Part shown: positions 42,034 to 51,792 of the stretch, one piece after another
How the letters are laid out: every line of letters begins with the position of its first letter
How positions within the stretch are numbered: position 1 is the stretch's first letter
Source: an uncultured delta proteobacterium
GTDB taxonomy: Bacteria > Desulfobacterota > Desulfobacteria > Desulfobacterales > Desulfosalsimonadaceae
Assembly: GCA_963826785.1 (NCBI GenBank)
Contig: CAWGYD010000005.1
Coordinates: 64,001-128,000, forward strand
Length of the DNA stretch: 64,000 bases
Direction: 5' to 3'
Translations under genes and position numbers: made by a program
The notes under the pieces: model-generated
Seen by the model: only the letters and a program-made list of their open reading frames with translations
The model's database searches: none
What the model was told of the DNA's origin: nothing

Positions 42034-43573
42034 CTATAATGCTTCTGTGGTCAACGCGGGGTTGTGTTTGATATACTCCAGGCGGTTTAAGCCGTTGATA
42101 TAGGCGTAGGTGGCTGGCGGTGATGATATCCGGATCGGCGCCCCTGCCGATGGCCATGACTTCGTCTTCCTTGAGCCGGACCGTCACCTCGCCCTGGGCG
42201 TCCGTGCCGCCGGTGAGCGCGCTGATGGTAAAGCGCATCAGCTGGGATTTGGTATCCGTCAACTTGGCAACGGCATTGTAAGCCGCATCGATGGGTCCGT
42301 TTCCGCTTCCCGTTCCCATGACCTCCTGACCGTTGATCAGCATCTTGACCGTGGCCATGGGCAGAACCGTGGTGCCGCTGGTGACCTGCAGGTATTTCAG
42401 CGCAAATATGTCCGCCGTGCGCAGCACTTCCTGGTTGACCAGGGCCTCCAGGTCTTCGTCCATCACCACCTTTTTTTTGTCCGCCAGGGCCTTGAACTTG
42501 GTGAACACGATCTTGAGTTCCTCGTCCGACAAATCGTATCCCATGTCTTTCAGGTGGCGGTGCAGGGCGTGTTTCCCCGAGTGCTTCCCCATGACCAGCC
42601 GGGTGCTGGTGAGTCCCACGGTTTCCGGCCGCATGATTTCATAGGTCATGGGGTTTTTCAGCAGTCCGTCCTGATGGATGCCGGCTTCATGGGCAAAGGC
42701 ATTGGCCCCCACGATGGCTTTGTTCGGCTGGACCAGGATGCCGGTGATCATGCTGACCAGCCTGGAAATGGGGACGATCTGGCTGGTCTGGATGCCGGTG
42801 GTCACCGGCGCATAGGTGGGGCGGGTGTTGATGGCCATGGCCAGTTCTTCCAGGGACGTATTTCCCGCCCGTTCGCCGATGCCGTTGATGGTGACCTCCG
42901 CCTGCCGGGCCCCGGCTTTGATGGCGGCCAGGGTGTTGGCCGTGGCCAGCCCCAGGTCGTTGTGGCAGTGAACACTTAATATGGCCTTGCCGATATTGGG
43001 GGTGTGCTCCATGACATAGCGGATCAGCATGCCGAACTCTTCCGGGATGGCGTAGCCCACCGTATCGGGCAGGTTGATTGTCCGGGCGCCGGCGTCGATC
43101 ACCGCTTCAAACACCCGGCACAGAAAATCCGGGTCGCTCCGGGAGCCGTCTTCGGCCGAAAACTCGATGTTGTCGGTGAACTGCCGGGCATAGCGGACCG
43201 CTTCCACCGCCGATTTGAGCACTTCTTCCCGATCCATGTTCAGCTTGTACTTCATGTGGATGTCGGAAGTGGCCAGAAAGGTATGGATCCGGGGTCTGGC
43301 CGCGTGGCAGATGGCCTTCCAGGCCCGGTCGATATCGTTTACCGTGGCCCGGGCCAGGGCGGCGATCTCCGAGTTGACCACTTTTTTGGCCACCTGGGTG
43401 ACGGCTTCAAAATCCCCTTCGGATGCCGCCGGAAATCCGGCTTCGATGATGTCCACCCCCAGTTTTTCCAGCTGGGTGGCGATCCGGACCTTCTCGGCGG
43501 TATTCATGCTGGCCCCCGGCGACTGTTCGCCATCCCGCAGCGTCGTATCAAATATGAAGACTTTTTCTTTCAT
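42034..43573 (-). CDS. leuA: 2-isopropylmalate synthase (+1 frameshift near 42112 just before the true C-terminus)
   Basis: [48 protein letters not shown]. Removing one base gives [20 protein letters not shown] ending at 42034. Confidence 0.93.
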
Positions 43574-43627
43574 CCCTTTATCCCAGATAATCGATTCGTT
43601 GAAGTGGAGTTCGGTTTTCATGGCACT

Positions 43628-45250
43628 CTATCTGCCGTTTCCATTCTGCTTGTTGAGCTTGGACAGCTTGTACTGGAAGCTGTCGGCCAGGGCCTGCCAG
43701 CTGGCTTCGATGATGTCTTCTGAAACACCCATGGTGGTCCATATGGCTTCCTCGTCTCTCGATTCGATGAGCACCCGCACCCGGGCGGCGGTCCCTTCAC
43801 GGCCGTCTAAAACCCGGACCTTGAAGTCCACCAGGTGCACGGGATCCAGGACCTTGCCGTACATGTAGGTCAGGGCCTTTCGCAGAGCGTTGTCCAGGGC
43901 GCTGACCGGGCCGTCGCCTTCCGCGGCGGTGATCTCTTCGGTTTCACCGTCAACCGAGATCTTGATGGTGGCGTGGCAGTAGCAGGGCCGATCCTTGTTT
44001 TTTTCGATGGTGACCCGGAAGGACTCGAGATCAAAGCAGGATTTGAACTGGTTGGCCAGTTTCTCCACCATGATTTGAAAGCTGCCGTCCGCCACATCAA
44101 ACTGGTAGCCTTCGTTTTCCATCTGTTTGACCCGGGCGATGATGTCCTTGGAGTCGATGCCGTTTTCCGAAAGGGATATGCCCAGTTCTTTGGCCTTGAA
44201 TTCGATGTTGCTCTTGCCGGCCATGTCCGATACCAGCACCCGCCGCTGATTGCCCACCAGTGCCGGGTCCATGTGCTCATAGGCCCGGGGCTCCTTCATG
44301 ATGGCATTCACATGAAGCCCCCCTTTGTGGGCAAAAGCGCTTTTCCCCACGAATGGCCGGGTGTTGAGCGGTGTCATGTTGGCGGTTTCGCTCACATACA
44401 ACGAGACCTTGCGCAGTTTTTTCAGATTGTCGTCGGTGATGCAGGGATATCCCATCTTCAGCTTCAGGATGGGGATGATGGCGGTCAGGTCCGCGTTTCC
44501 GCACCGCTCGCCATAGCCGTTGATGGTCCCCTGGACCATGGCCGCCCCGGCCCGGACCGCGGCAATGGAATTGGCCACCCCCAGCCCGGCGTCATTATGG
44601 GCGTGAATCCCGTAGATAAAGGGAACACTCCGCTTTTTCAGAACATCGGATTTGTCAAAATAGGCTTTCACCTCTGTGATGATCATCTCGATTTCGTGGG
44701 GGAGCGTTCCGCCGTTGGTATCGCAGAGCACGAGAGTATCCGCGCCCCCTTCGATGGCTGCGGAAAGGGTCTGCAGGGCATATTTGGGATTGTCCTTGTA
44801 GCCGTCGAAAAAGTGCTCCGCATCATAGTGGACCTCGACTCCGCCGGATTTGAGATAGGCGACCGACTCGGAGATCAGGCCCAGATTATCGCGGAGTCCT
44901 ATGCGCAGGATCTTTCTGACATGCAGGTCCCAGGTCTTGCCGAAGATGGTGCCTGCCGGCGCACCGCTGTCTAAAATGGCATTGAGATGCCGATCTTCCC
45001 CGGCCGTAATGCCGTACTTGTGGGTGGCGCCGAAAGCAGCCATTTTCGCGTTTTCAAAATTTTCCCCGGCAGCGGATTGGAAGAAGTCCCGATCCTTGTC
45101 ATTGGCCCCGGGCCATCCGCCCTCGATGTAATGGATACCCAGGTCATTTAGCCGCCTGGCGATTTTGAGCTTGTCCAGGGCGGAAAAGTTGATTTTTTCC
45201 CCCTGGGTGCCGTCTCTCAGTGTCGTGTCATACAGCCGGATGGGTTCCAT
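43628..45250 (-). CDS. cimA: Citramalate synthase
   Basis: YDTTLRDGTQGE, YIEGGWPG, YDAEHFFDGYK, LCDTNGG, AHKGGLH, AEGDGPVSALD, WTTMGVSEDIIEASWQAL. Confidence 0.92.
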   Translation of the reverse strand: MEPIRLYDTTLRDGTQGEKINFSALDKLKIARRLNDLGIHYIEGGWPGANDKDRDFFQSAAGENFENAKMAAFGATHKYGITAGEDRHLNAILDSGAPAGTIFGKTWDLHVRKILRIGLRDNLGLISESVAYLKSGGVEVHYDAEHFFDGYKDNPKYALQTLSAAIEGGADTLVLCDTNGGTLPHEIEMIITEVKAYFDKSDVLKKRSVPFIYGIHAHNDAGLGVANSIAAVRAGAAMVQGTINGYGERCGNADLTAIIPILKLKMGYPCITDDNLKKLRKVSLYVSETANMTPLNTRPFVGKSAFAHKGGLHVNAIMKEPRAYEHMDPALVGNQRRVLVSDMAGKSNIEFKAKELGISLSENGIDSKDIIARVKQMENEGYQFDVADGSFQIMVEKLANQFKSCFDLESFRVTIEKNKDRPCYCHATIKISVDGETEEITAAEGDGPVSALDNALRKALTYMYGKVLDPVHLVDFKVRVLDGREGTAARVRVLIESRDEEAIWTTMGVSEDIIEASWQALADSFQYKLSKLNKQNGNGR

Positions 45251-45314
45251 AATCTTCCAAATCCTGGCGACGCCTGCATTTGCACACGTCTTTTCAAATT
45301 GATGCGATTAGATC

Positions 45315-45386
45315 TGGAATAATGGAATGTTGGAATAATGGGTAGGACTCATTTAAAAACCCATTATTCCATTATTCCATATTCCA
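45315..45386. repeat. Dispersed intergenic repeat copy 2 with inverted partner (hairpin)
   Basis: tggaataatggaatgttggaataatgggt followed by acccattattccattattccatattcca. Confidence 0.85.
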
Positions 45387-45431
45387 TTTTGATTTTTTAC
45401 CGATAAATGGTGAAAAATACCCGCAGCCGAG

Positions 45432-46485
45432 TTATTTTCCCCGCCGGTCGGGTCTCAGGGACCGGACCGCGGCCCCGGCCTGCCACATTTCCGAATTCTT
45501 GATCTGGTCGAGTTCGGCCTGCAGCTTGACCTTGTAGTCGGGTGCGCCATTGGCCTCGATCACCCGCTTGGTTTCCTTGCCGGTGGCCACCGCGTTATAG
45601 AGGTCTTCGAAGACCGGCGCCACCGCATCGCGGAATTTGGGTGACCAGTCGAGGGCCCCGCGCTGGGCCGTGGCGCTGCAGTTGGAGAACATCCAGTCCA
45701 TGCCGTTCTGGTCCACCAGGCGGATCAGGCTCTGGGTCAGTTCCTCCACGGTTTCATTGAAGGCTTCACTGGGGGAATGGCCGTTCTTGCGCAGGATGTT
45801 GTACTGGGCTTCCATGACGCCGGCCAGGCAGCCCATGAGCACGCCCCGCTCGCCGGTGAGATCGCTGTAAACCTCTTTCTGGAAGGTGGTGGGGAAGAGG
45901 TATCCCGATCCGATGGCAATCCCTATGGCCAGGGCCCGGTCTTTGGCCCGGCCCGTGTAATCCTGATCCACCGCGTAGCTGGAGTTGATGCCGGCGCCGG
46001 CCAGGAAATTCGCCCGCACGCTGGTCCCCGATCCCTTGGGGGCCGCCAGGATGACATCCACGTTGGGCGGCGCAATCACGCCGGTCTGGTCCTTGTAGAC
46101 GATGGAAAAGCCGTGGGAGAAGTAAAGCGCATCGCCTTCATTCAGGCATTCCTTGATTTTGGGCCAGGTGGCCACCTGGCCCGGCGTCGGAGAGCAGTTC
46201 CATGACAATGGTTCCTCTCCGGGCGGCTTCCTCCAGGGGAAACAGAGATTTTCCGGGTACGAATCCGTCCCGGACGGCCTTTTCCCAGTACTCGTCGCCT
46301 TCCATCTGGCCGATGATGACATCGATGCCGTTGTCTCTCATGTTAAGCGCCTGGGCGGGTCCCTGGACCCCGTAGCCGAGCACCGCGATGGTCTCGCCCT
46401 TCAGGATCTCCCGGGCCTTTTCAATGGGGAATTCATCGGATGTGATTACGTCTTCCTTTACGCCGCCAAAATCGATAATGGTCAT
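45432..46485 (-). CDS. ilvC: Ketol-acid reductoisomerase (+1 frameshift near 46180)
   Basis: IAVLGYGVQGPAQALNMRD, LLSDAG[g]QVATWP, FSHGF, APKGSG, EVYSDLTGERGVLMG, CSATAQRGA. Confidence 0.93.
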
Positions 46486-46571
46486 GGTTCCCTCCTGTAA
46501 AATGTATTTTAATGTCCGTAAAATGATTTTATTCGTGCACGTGCACGAAAATTCGGATCCCTCTGGATATC

Positions 46572-47057
46572 TTACGCGCCTCTTCCCAGTGCAATGCTTC
46601 CCGTCCGGGCGATCTCCCGGATGCCGAAGGGTTTGAGCAGGTTGAGAATCGCCGCGATTTTGCCCGAGTCCCCGATGATAATAACGGTATAATGCTCCTG
46701 GCCGACATCCACCACCTGCCCCCTGAAAATATCCGTGATCCGCAGGATCTCGGCCCGGTTTTCCGGCTTGGCGTAGACCTTGATGAGAATCATTTCCCGC
46801 TCCACGTATTCCATGCCGGTCAGATCCGTCACCTTGATGACATTGATCAGCTTGTTCAACTGTTTTTTGATCTGCTCCAGGATGATGGTATTGCCTTCGG
46901 TGACCATGGTCACCCGGGAAACATTCTTTTCCACGGTTTCCGCCACGCAAAGACTTTCAATGTTGTATCCGCGGCCGGAAAACAGCCCGGCGATGCGGGA
47001 CAGAACCCCCGGTTCATTATCCACGAGAATGGAAAGCAGATGTTTCTTTTCCTTCAT
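46572..47057 (-). CDS. ilvH: Acetolactate synthase small subunit
   Basis: LVDNEPGVLSRIAGLFSGRGYNIESL, EQIKKQLNKLINV, EIARTG. Confidence 0.95.
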   Translation of the reverse strand: MKEKKHLLSILVDNEPGVLSRIAGLFSGRGYNIESLCVAETVEKNVSRVTMVTEGNTIILEQIKKQLNKLINVIKVTDLTGMEYVEREMILIKVYAKPENRAEILRITDIFRGQVVDVGQEHYTVIIIGDSGKIAAILNLLKPFGIREIARTGSIALGRGA

Positions 47058-47157
47058 GTCACAATCCTTTGTCTTTAGAACAAATGCATTTCAACCGATA
47101 TCCAGCGTCTTTCAGGCACATCCATGATCTGATGTCCGCCTGACCCGGAAGCCTTTT

Positions 47158-48852
47158 TCAGACCAGCAGCATCTTGGTGATGGGGGCGCCTGCGGGCACC
47201 ATGGGATAAACGCCTTCTTCCGGCTCCACCACGAAATCCATGATCACGGCTCCCGGACAGGCAAGCCCCTCCTTGAGGACTTTTTCCACTTCATCCGGGG
47301 TCGTCGCCCTCAGGCCCACCGCGCCGTAGGCTTCGGCAAGCTTCACAAAATCGGGCGTGTGCACGAATTTGGTGGATGAATAGGAGCGGTTGTAGAACAA
47401 TTCCTGCCACTGCCGCACCATTCCCAGAAATCCGTTGTTCAGGATCACCACCTTCACCGGCAGTTTGTACTGGACGGCCGTGGCCATTTCCTGGATATTC
47501 ATCTGGATGCTGCCGTCCCCGGCGATGTCCACCACCAGCTGGTCCGGCGCTCCGACCTGGGCCCCCACCGCTGCGGGAAGACCGAATCCCATGACCCCGA
47601 GGCCGCCGGAGGTGATAAACCGGCCCGGCTGGTCGAAATGATAGAACTGGGCCGCCCACATCTGATTCTGCCCCACCTCGGTGGTGATGATGGCATTGCC
47701 CCCGGTCAGTTCGTAGAGCTTTTCGATCACGTACTGGGGTTTGATGGTCTTTTCCTGCTGATACGCCAGGGGGGTGCTGCTTTTCCATGCGGAAATCCGG
47801 GCCAGCCACTCTTTGCGGTTTTCCCCGATATCACTTAAGTCTTCCTGGCACAGCATCTGGTTGAGCAGTTCGAGCGTGATCTTGCAGTCGCCCACCACCG
47901 GGACCGACACCTGGATGTTTTTCTGTATGGAGGTCGGGTCAATATCGATCTGCACGATTTTGCATTGAGTGGCAAATTCGTCTGTTTTGCCGGTGACCCG
48001 GTCGTCGAAACGGACGCCGACCGCGATCATCAGATCGCATTCCGACACGGACATGTTGGCCCGGTAGGTTCCGTGCATACCCAGCATGCCCAGCCAGAGC
48101 GGATCGGTTCCGGGAAACCCGCCCAGGCCCATCAGAGAGCCGGTGACCGGTATCTGTGCTTTGTGGGCCAGTTCGGTCAACTCCGCATTCGCCCCGGACA
48201 GGATGACGCCGCCGCCGGTGAAGATGACCGGCTTTTTAGCTTCCCGGATCAGCTCGACCACCTTCTGGAGTTGTTTTCGATTGGGCACATACGTGGGATT
48301 GTATGAGCGCAGCTGAACCTCGTCTGGCATCTTGAATTCCACGGTGGCATTGCTCACGTCCTTGGGCAGATCGATGAGAACGGGGCCGGGCCGCCCGGAG
48401 CGGGCGATATGAAAAGCCTCCCGGATGATCCGGGCCAGATCCGCCACATCCTTCACCAGGTAGTTGTGCTTGGTGCACGGCCGGGTGATGCCGACGATGT
48501 CGACTTCCTGGAAGGCGTCGTTGCCGATCAGTTTGGTGGGCACCTGGCCGGTAAAGATCACGATGGGGATCGAATCCATGTAGGCCGATGCAATGCCGGT
48601 GACGGTATTGGTGGCCCCGGGACCGGACGTCACCAGGCACACGCCGACCTTGCCGGTGGCCCGGGCATAGCCGTCGGCCGCATGGATCGCCCCCTGCTCG
48701 TGGCGGGCCAGAATATGCCTCAGATCGGTGCGCGCGAGTTCATCATAAATGTCGAGCACGGCACCGCCGGGATACCCGAAAATCGTGTCGACGCACTCCT
48801 CTTTGAGCATTCTCATCAGAATTTGAGCACCAGTCATTTTGCTCATAGTCAA
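47158..48852 (-). CDS. ilvB: Acetolactate synthase large subunit
   Basis: FGYPGGAVL, RHEQGA, TSGPGATN, GRPGPVLIDLPKD, GDGSIQMNIQE, NNGFLGMVRQWQ. Confidence 0.96.
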   Translation of the reverse strand: MTMSKMTGAQILMRMLKEECVDTIFGYPGGAVLDIYDELARTDLRHILARHEQGAIHAADGYARATGKVGVCLVTSGPGATNTVTGIASAYMDSIPIVIFTGQVPTKLIGNDAFQEVDIVGITRPCTKHNYLVKDVADLARIIREAFHIARSGRPGPVLIDLPKDVSNATVEFKMPDEVQLRSYNPTYVPNRKQLQKVVELIREAKKPVIFTGGGVILSGANAELTELAHKAQIPVTGSLMGLGGFPGTDPLWLGMLGMHGTYRANMSVSECDLMIAVGVRFDDRVTGKTDEFATQCKIVQIDIDPTSIQKNIQVSVPVVGDCKITLELLNQMLCQEDLSDIGENRKEWLARISAWKSSTPLAYQQEKTIKPQYVIEKLYELTGGNAIITTEVGQNQMWAAQFYHFDQPGRFITSGGLGVMGFGLPAAVGAQVGAPDQLVVDIAGDGSIQMNIQEMATAVQYKLPVKVVILNNGFLGMVRQWQELFYNRSYSSTKFVHTPDFVKLAEAYGAVGLRATTPDEVEKVLKEGLACPGAVIMDFVVEPEEGVYPMVPAGAPITKMLLV

Positions 48853-48971
48853 CCTTTCTTCAAATGGATCTCTTTTCCAAGATGCCAGAGTTTAACGATG
48901 ATGTTTTCCAGGCATTCTTTGCGTTTCTTTTTCAGCGTATCTTTATCCCCGTCTCATTTCGCCAAAAGACA

Positions 48972-50640
48972 TTATTTCATTACCGCGCCTTTATCGGCGG
49001 AAGAGACCAGCTTCGCATACCGGGCCATGTAGCCTTTGGTGATTTTCAGGGCAGGGGCCACCCATTTTTCCAGCCGCTCTTTGATTTGTGCGTCATCAAC
49101 GGCCAGGTGGATGCGTTTTGCCGGAATATCGATGTCGATGCGGTCGCCTTCTTCAATAACGGCGATGATCCCTTTCTGCATGGCTTCCGGAGAGACATGG
49201 CCGATGGCCGCCCCCCGGGTGCCGCCGGAAAAACGGCCGTCCGTGATCAGCGCCACATCCGCGTCCAGTCCCATGCCGGCGATGGCCGAGGTGGGGGTGA
49301 GCATCTCCCGCATGCCGGGGCCGCCCATGGGGCCTTCGTACCGGATGACCACCACATCTCCCTTGTTGATTTTGCCGCCCAGGATGGCCTCGGTGGCCGC
49401 CTCCTCGGAATCAAACACCCGGGCCGGGCCCTGGTGCTTCATCATCTTTTCCACCACCGCGGACTGCTTCACCACGCAGCCGTTTGGTGCGATATTGCCG
49501 AACAGGACCGCCAGTCCCCCCTCCTGGTGATAGGGGTTTTCCACCGGCCGGATGACGCCGATGTCGATCATTTTGCAGGCGGCGATATTTTCGCCCACTG
49601 TTTTCCCGGTGGCGGTGATACAATCCGTATGAATCCGGCCGGATTTTGCCAGCACGTTGAGCAGGGCCTGAATTCCGCCGGCATGGTTCAGGTCCTCGAT
49701 GTGGTGCGGACCGCCCGGGCTCAGCGAACACAGGTGCGGCGTCTTTTTGCTGATGGTATTGATCAAGTCCAGATCCATGGGCAGATCTAATTCATGGGCA
49801 ATGGCCGCCAGGTGCAGAACCGTGTTAGTGGAGCATCCCAGGGCCATATCCGCGGTCAGGGCATTTTCAAACGCCTTCTGCGTCAGGATCTTGCGGGGGG
49901 TGATCTGTTTTTCATGCAGTTCCATGATCTTGATGCCGGCCATCTTGGCCAGGCGCAGCCGGGCGGACATCACCGCCGGGATGGTGCCGTTTCCCGGAAG
50001 GCCCATGCCGATGGCTTCGGTCAGGCAGTTCATGGAATTTGCCGTAAACATCCCCGCGCAGGAACCGCAGGTGGGGCAGGCGGCATCTTCGATCTCGAGG
50101 AGCTCGGTCTTCGGTCATCTTTCCGGTGCGGACGGCACCGACCGCTTCAAAGACCGTGATCAGGTCGATTTCCTTCCCCGGGTTCGACGGGTGCCGCCCG
50201 GCCAGCATGGGTCCGCCGGAAATGAAAATGGAAGGGATGTCCAGGCGGGCGGCGGCCATGAGCATGCCCGGCACGATCTTGTCGCAATTGGGGATCATGA
50301 CCATGGCATCCAGGGCATGGGCGGTGGCCATCACTTCAATGGAGTCGGCGATCAGCTCGCGGCTGCCCAGGGAATATTTCATGCCTTCGTGGTTCATGGC
50401 AATGCCGTCGCATACCCCGATGGTGCCGAATTCGATGGGTGTGCCGCCGGCCATGTAGATGCCGGCTTTTACGGCTTCCGTGATCTTGTCCAGATTGACA
50501 TGACCGGGAATGATGGTGTTGACGGAATTGGCAATGCCGATCAACGGCCGTGAAATTTCCTCATCCGTGTAACCGATGGCCTTGAACAGGCTGCGGTGCG
50601 GGGCGCGTTCAATCCCCTTTTTGGCTCTGTCGCTTCTCAT
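48972..50640 (-). CDS. ilvD: Dihydroxy-acid dehydratase (+1 frameshift near 50106)
   Basis: [66 protein letters not shown]. Confidence 0.94.
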
Positions 50641-50655
50641 GGCGGCCCTTTCTCG

Positions 50656-50700
50656 AAAAAAAAACCGTTATCAGCCTTTCGTGCTGATAACGGTTTTTTT
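50656..50700 (-). terminator. Attenuator terminator of the ilv-leu leader
   Basis: Minus strand ccgttatcagc-acgaaag-gctgataacgg followed by 9 T, 15 nt before the ilvD ATG. Confidence 0.9.
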
Positions 50701-50731
50701 CCGGTTTATATGGTTTGGTTTCAAGCCATTA

Positions 50732-50803
50732 TCAACACTTGTCCCTGTCGCAGGCAATGACGCCTACGATAAGGATAACAAGAAGTAGCAGATAGTTGAA
50801 CAT
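50732..50803 (-). CDS. Branched-chain amino acid leader peptide MFNYLLLLVILIVGVIACDRDKC
   Basis: 23-aa ORF with 11 Leu/Ile/Val codons in a 12-codon run; its stop overlaps a 12-bp antiterminator strand. Confidence 0.88.
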   Translation of the reverse strand: MFNYLLLLVILIVGVIACDRDKC

Positions 50804-50916
50804 GGCTATAAAATTTTTTCGTATGGGTAAAAAGAAATTGAATTCGGTATCCTTACCAGCATGAAGATCGTTTGTCAAGCCGGTTTTTTGAAGATCGGGC
50901 AAATTTTGAGAAAAAA

Positions 50917-51642
50917 TCATCTTGCCGGGGAGCCGAAGCCGTTTTCAAACCATTCCGGGGCAAGGCGCATGAAGCGTTTTTGGTGATGCGCATCGCTCAT
51001 CGGGTGATCACCATTGGTTTGGCGGATCAGCTTTTTCGGATCCTTCGCTGCCTGATAGATCTCCAGCGCATTTTCAAAGGGTACGATGTTATCCGCATCC
51101 CCGTGGAAGATCAGAATATTGGAAACATGAAACAGCCGGTCTGAGATGTCGAATGCAAGCTTTTCCCGGTTTAAACCGGTCAACAGCGGCTGCTTGTCCG
51201 GATCCACGACATACGGCGGTTTGATGGTGTCGCTGCGGACCGGCGCCGCCACGGTGACCAGGGATGCAATCGGAAAATGGGCTGATGCGGCCATGGAAAC
51301 GGCACCGCCATAGGAACTGCCGAACAGGGCGACCTGTTCCCCGGTTTCCGGCAAAGACGAAATGGTTTAAATGGCGCAAGCCAGGTCCGTGCATCTTCCC
51401 TTGAAAGTGGTAACCGATGCAAAATCCCCCTCGCTTTTTCCGCACCCCCGGTGATCGAAGCGGAAATAGGCGATTCCCCGGGCATTGCATATTTGAGCCA
51501 GGGCGATCTGCTTGGGGGAATTGCCGCTGCTGAGAAGCCCATGGGAACCGATCACCACGGGCGGATTTTTTTGTAGCGGAAGGTGGAGTATTCCGCACAG
51601 CCTCAGGGAATCGGATATGAAATGGATTTCAATTTGGCGCAT
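50917..51642 (-). pseudogene. Alpha/beta hydrolase interrupted by in-frame TAA at 51367-51369
   Basis: SHGLLS, RFDHRGCGKSEG, nucleophile GSSYGG, FHGDADNIVP, GDH. The two ORF-track pieces share one frame (att TAA acc att tcg tct ttg). Confidence 0.75.
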
Positions 51643-51792
51643 GGGCTTGCCTTGTGGTAAGGATGCCTTATTACTTCTCTCGCAAAGGCCGCAACGAACT
51701 TTGGATTTACGGGTTCATCATCTCTGGTCTGTGTCGGATTTGTTTTTTCCGTAACGTATTCGGTTCGTGTAAAACCATATCAGGATATATAA

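Noticed and set aside
41909..42110. Apparent C-terminal extension of LeuA through the terminator into the OmpA gene
   Set aside because: Caused by the +1 insertion near 42112; the corrected frame stops at 42034.
45315..45386. tggaataa repeats as a mini-CRISPR or iteron set
   Set aside because: No repeat-spacer periodicity and no cas or rep gene; they form an inverted hairpin.
42110..50159. Long plus-strand ORFs (42110-42979, 43004-43723, 43835-44974, 48864-49790)
   Set aside because: Antisense shadows of leuA, cimA and ilvD, typical of GC-rich coding DNA.
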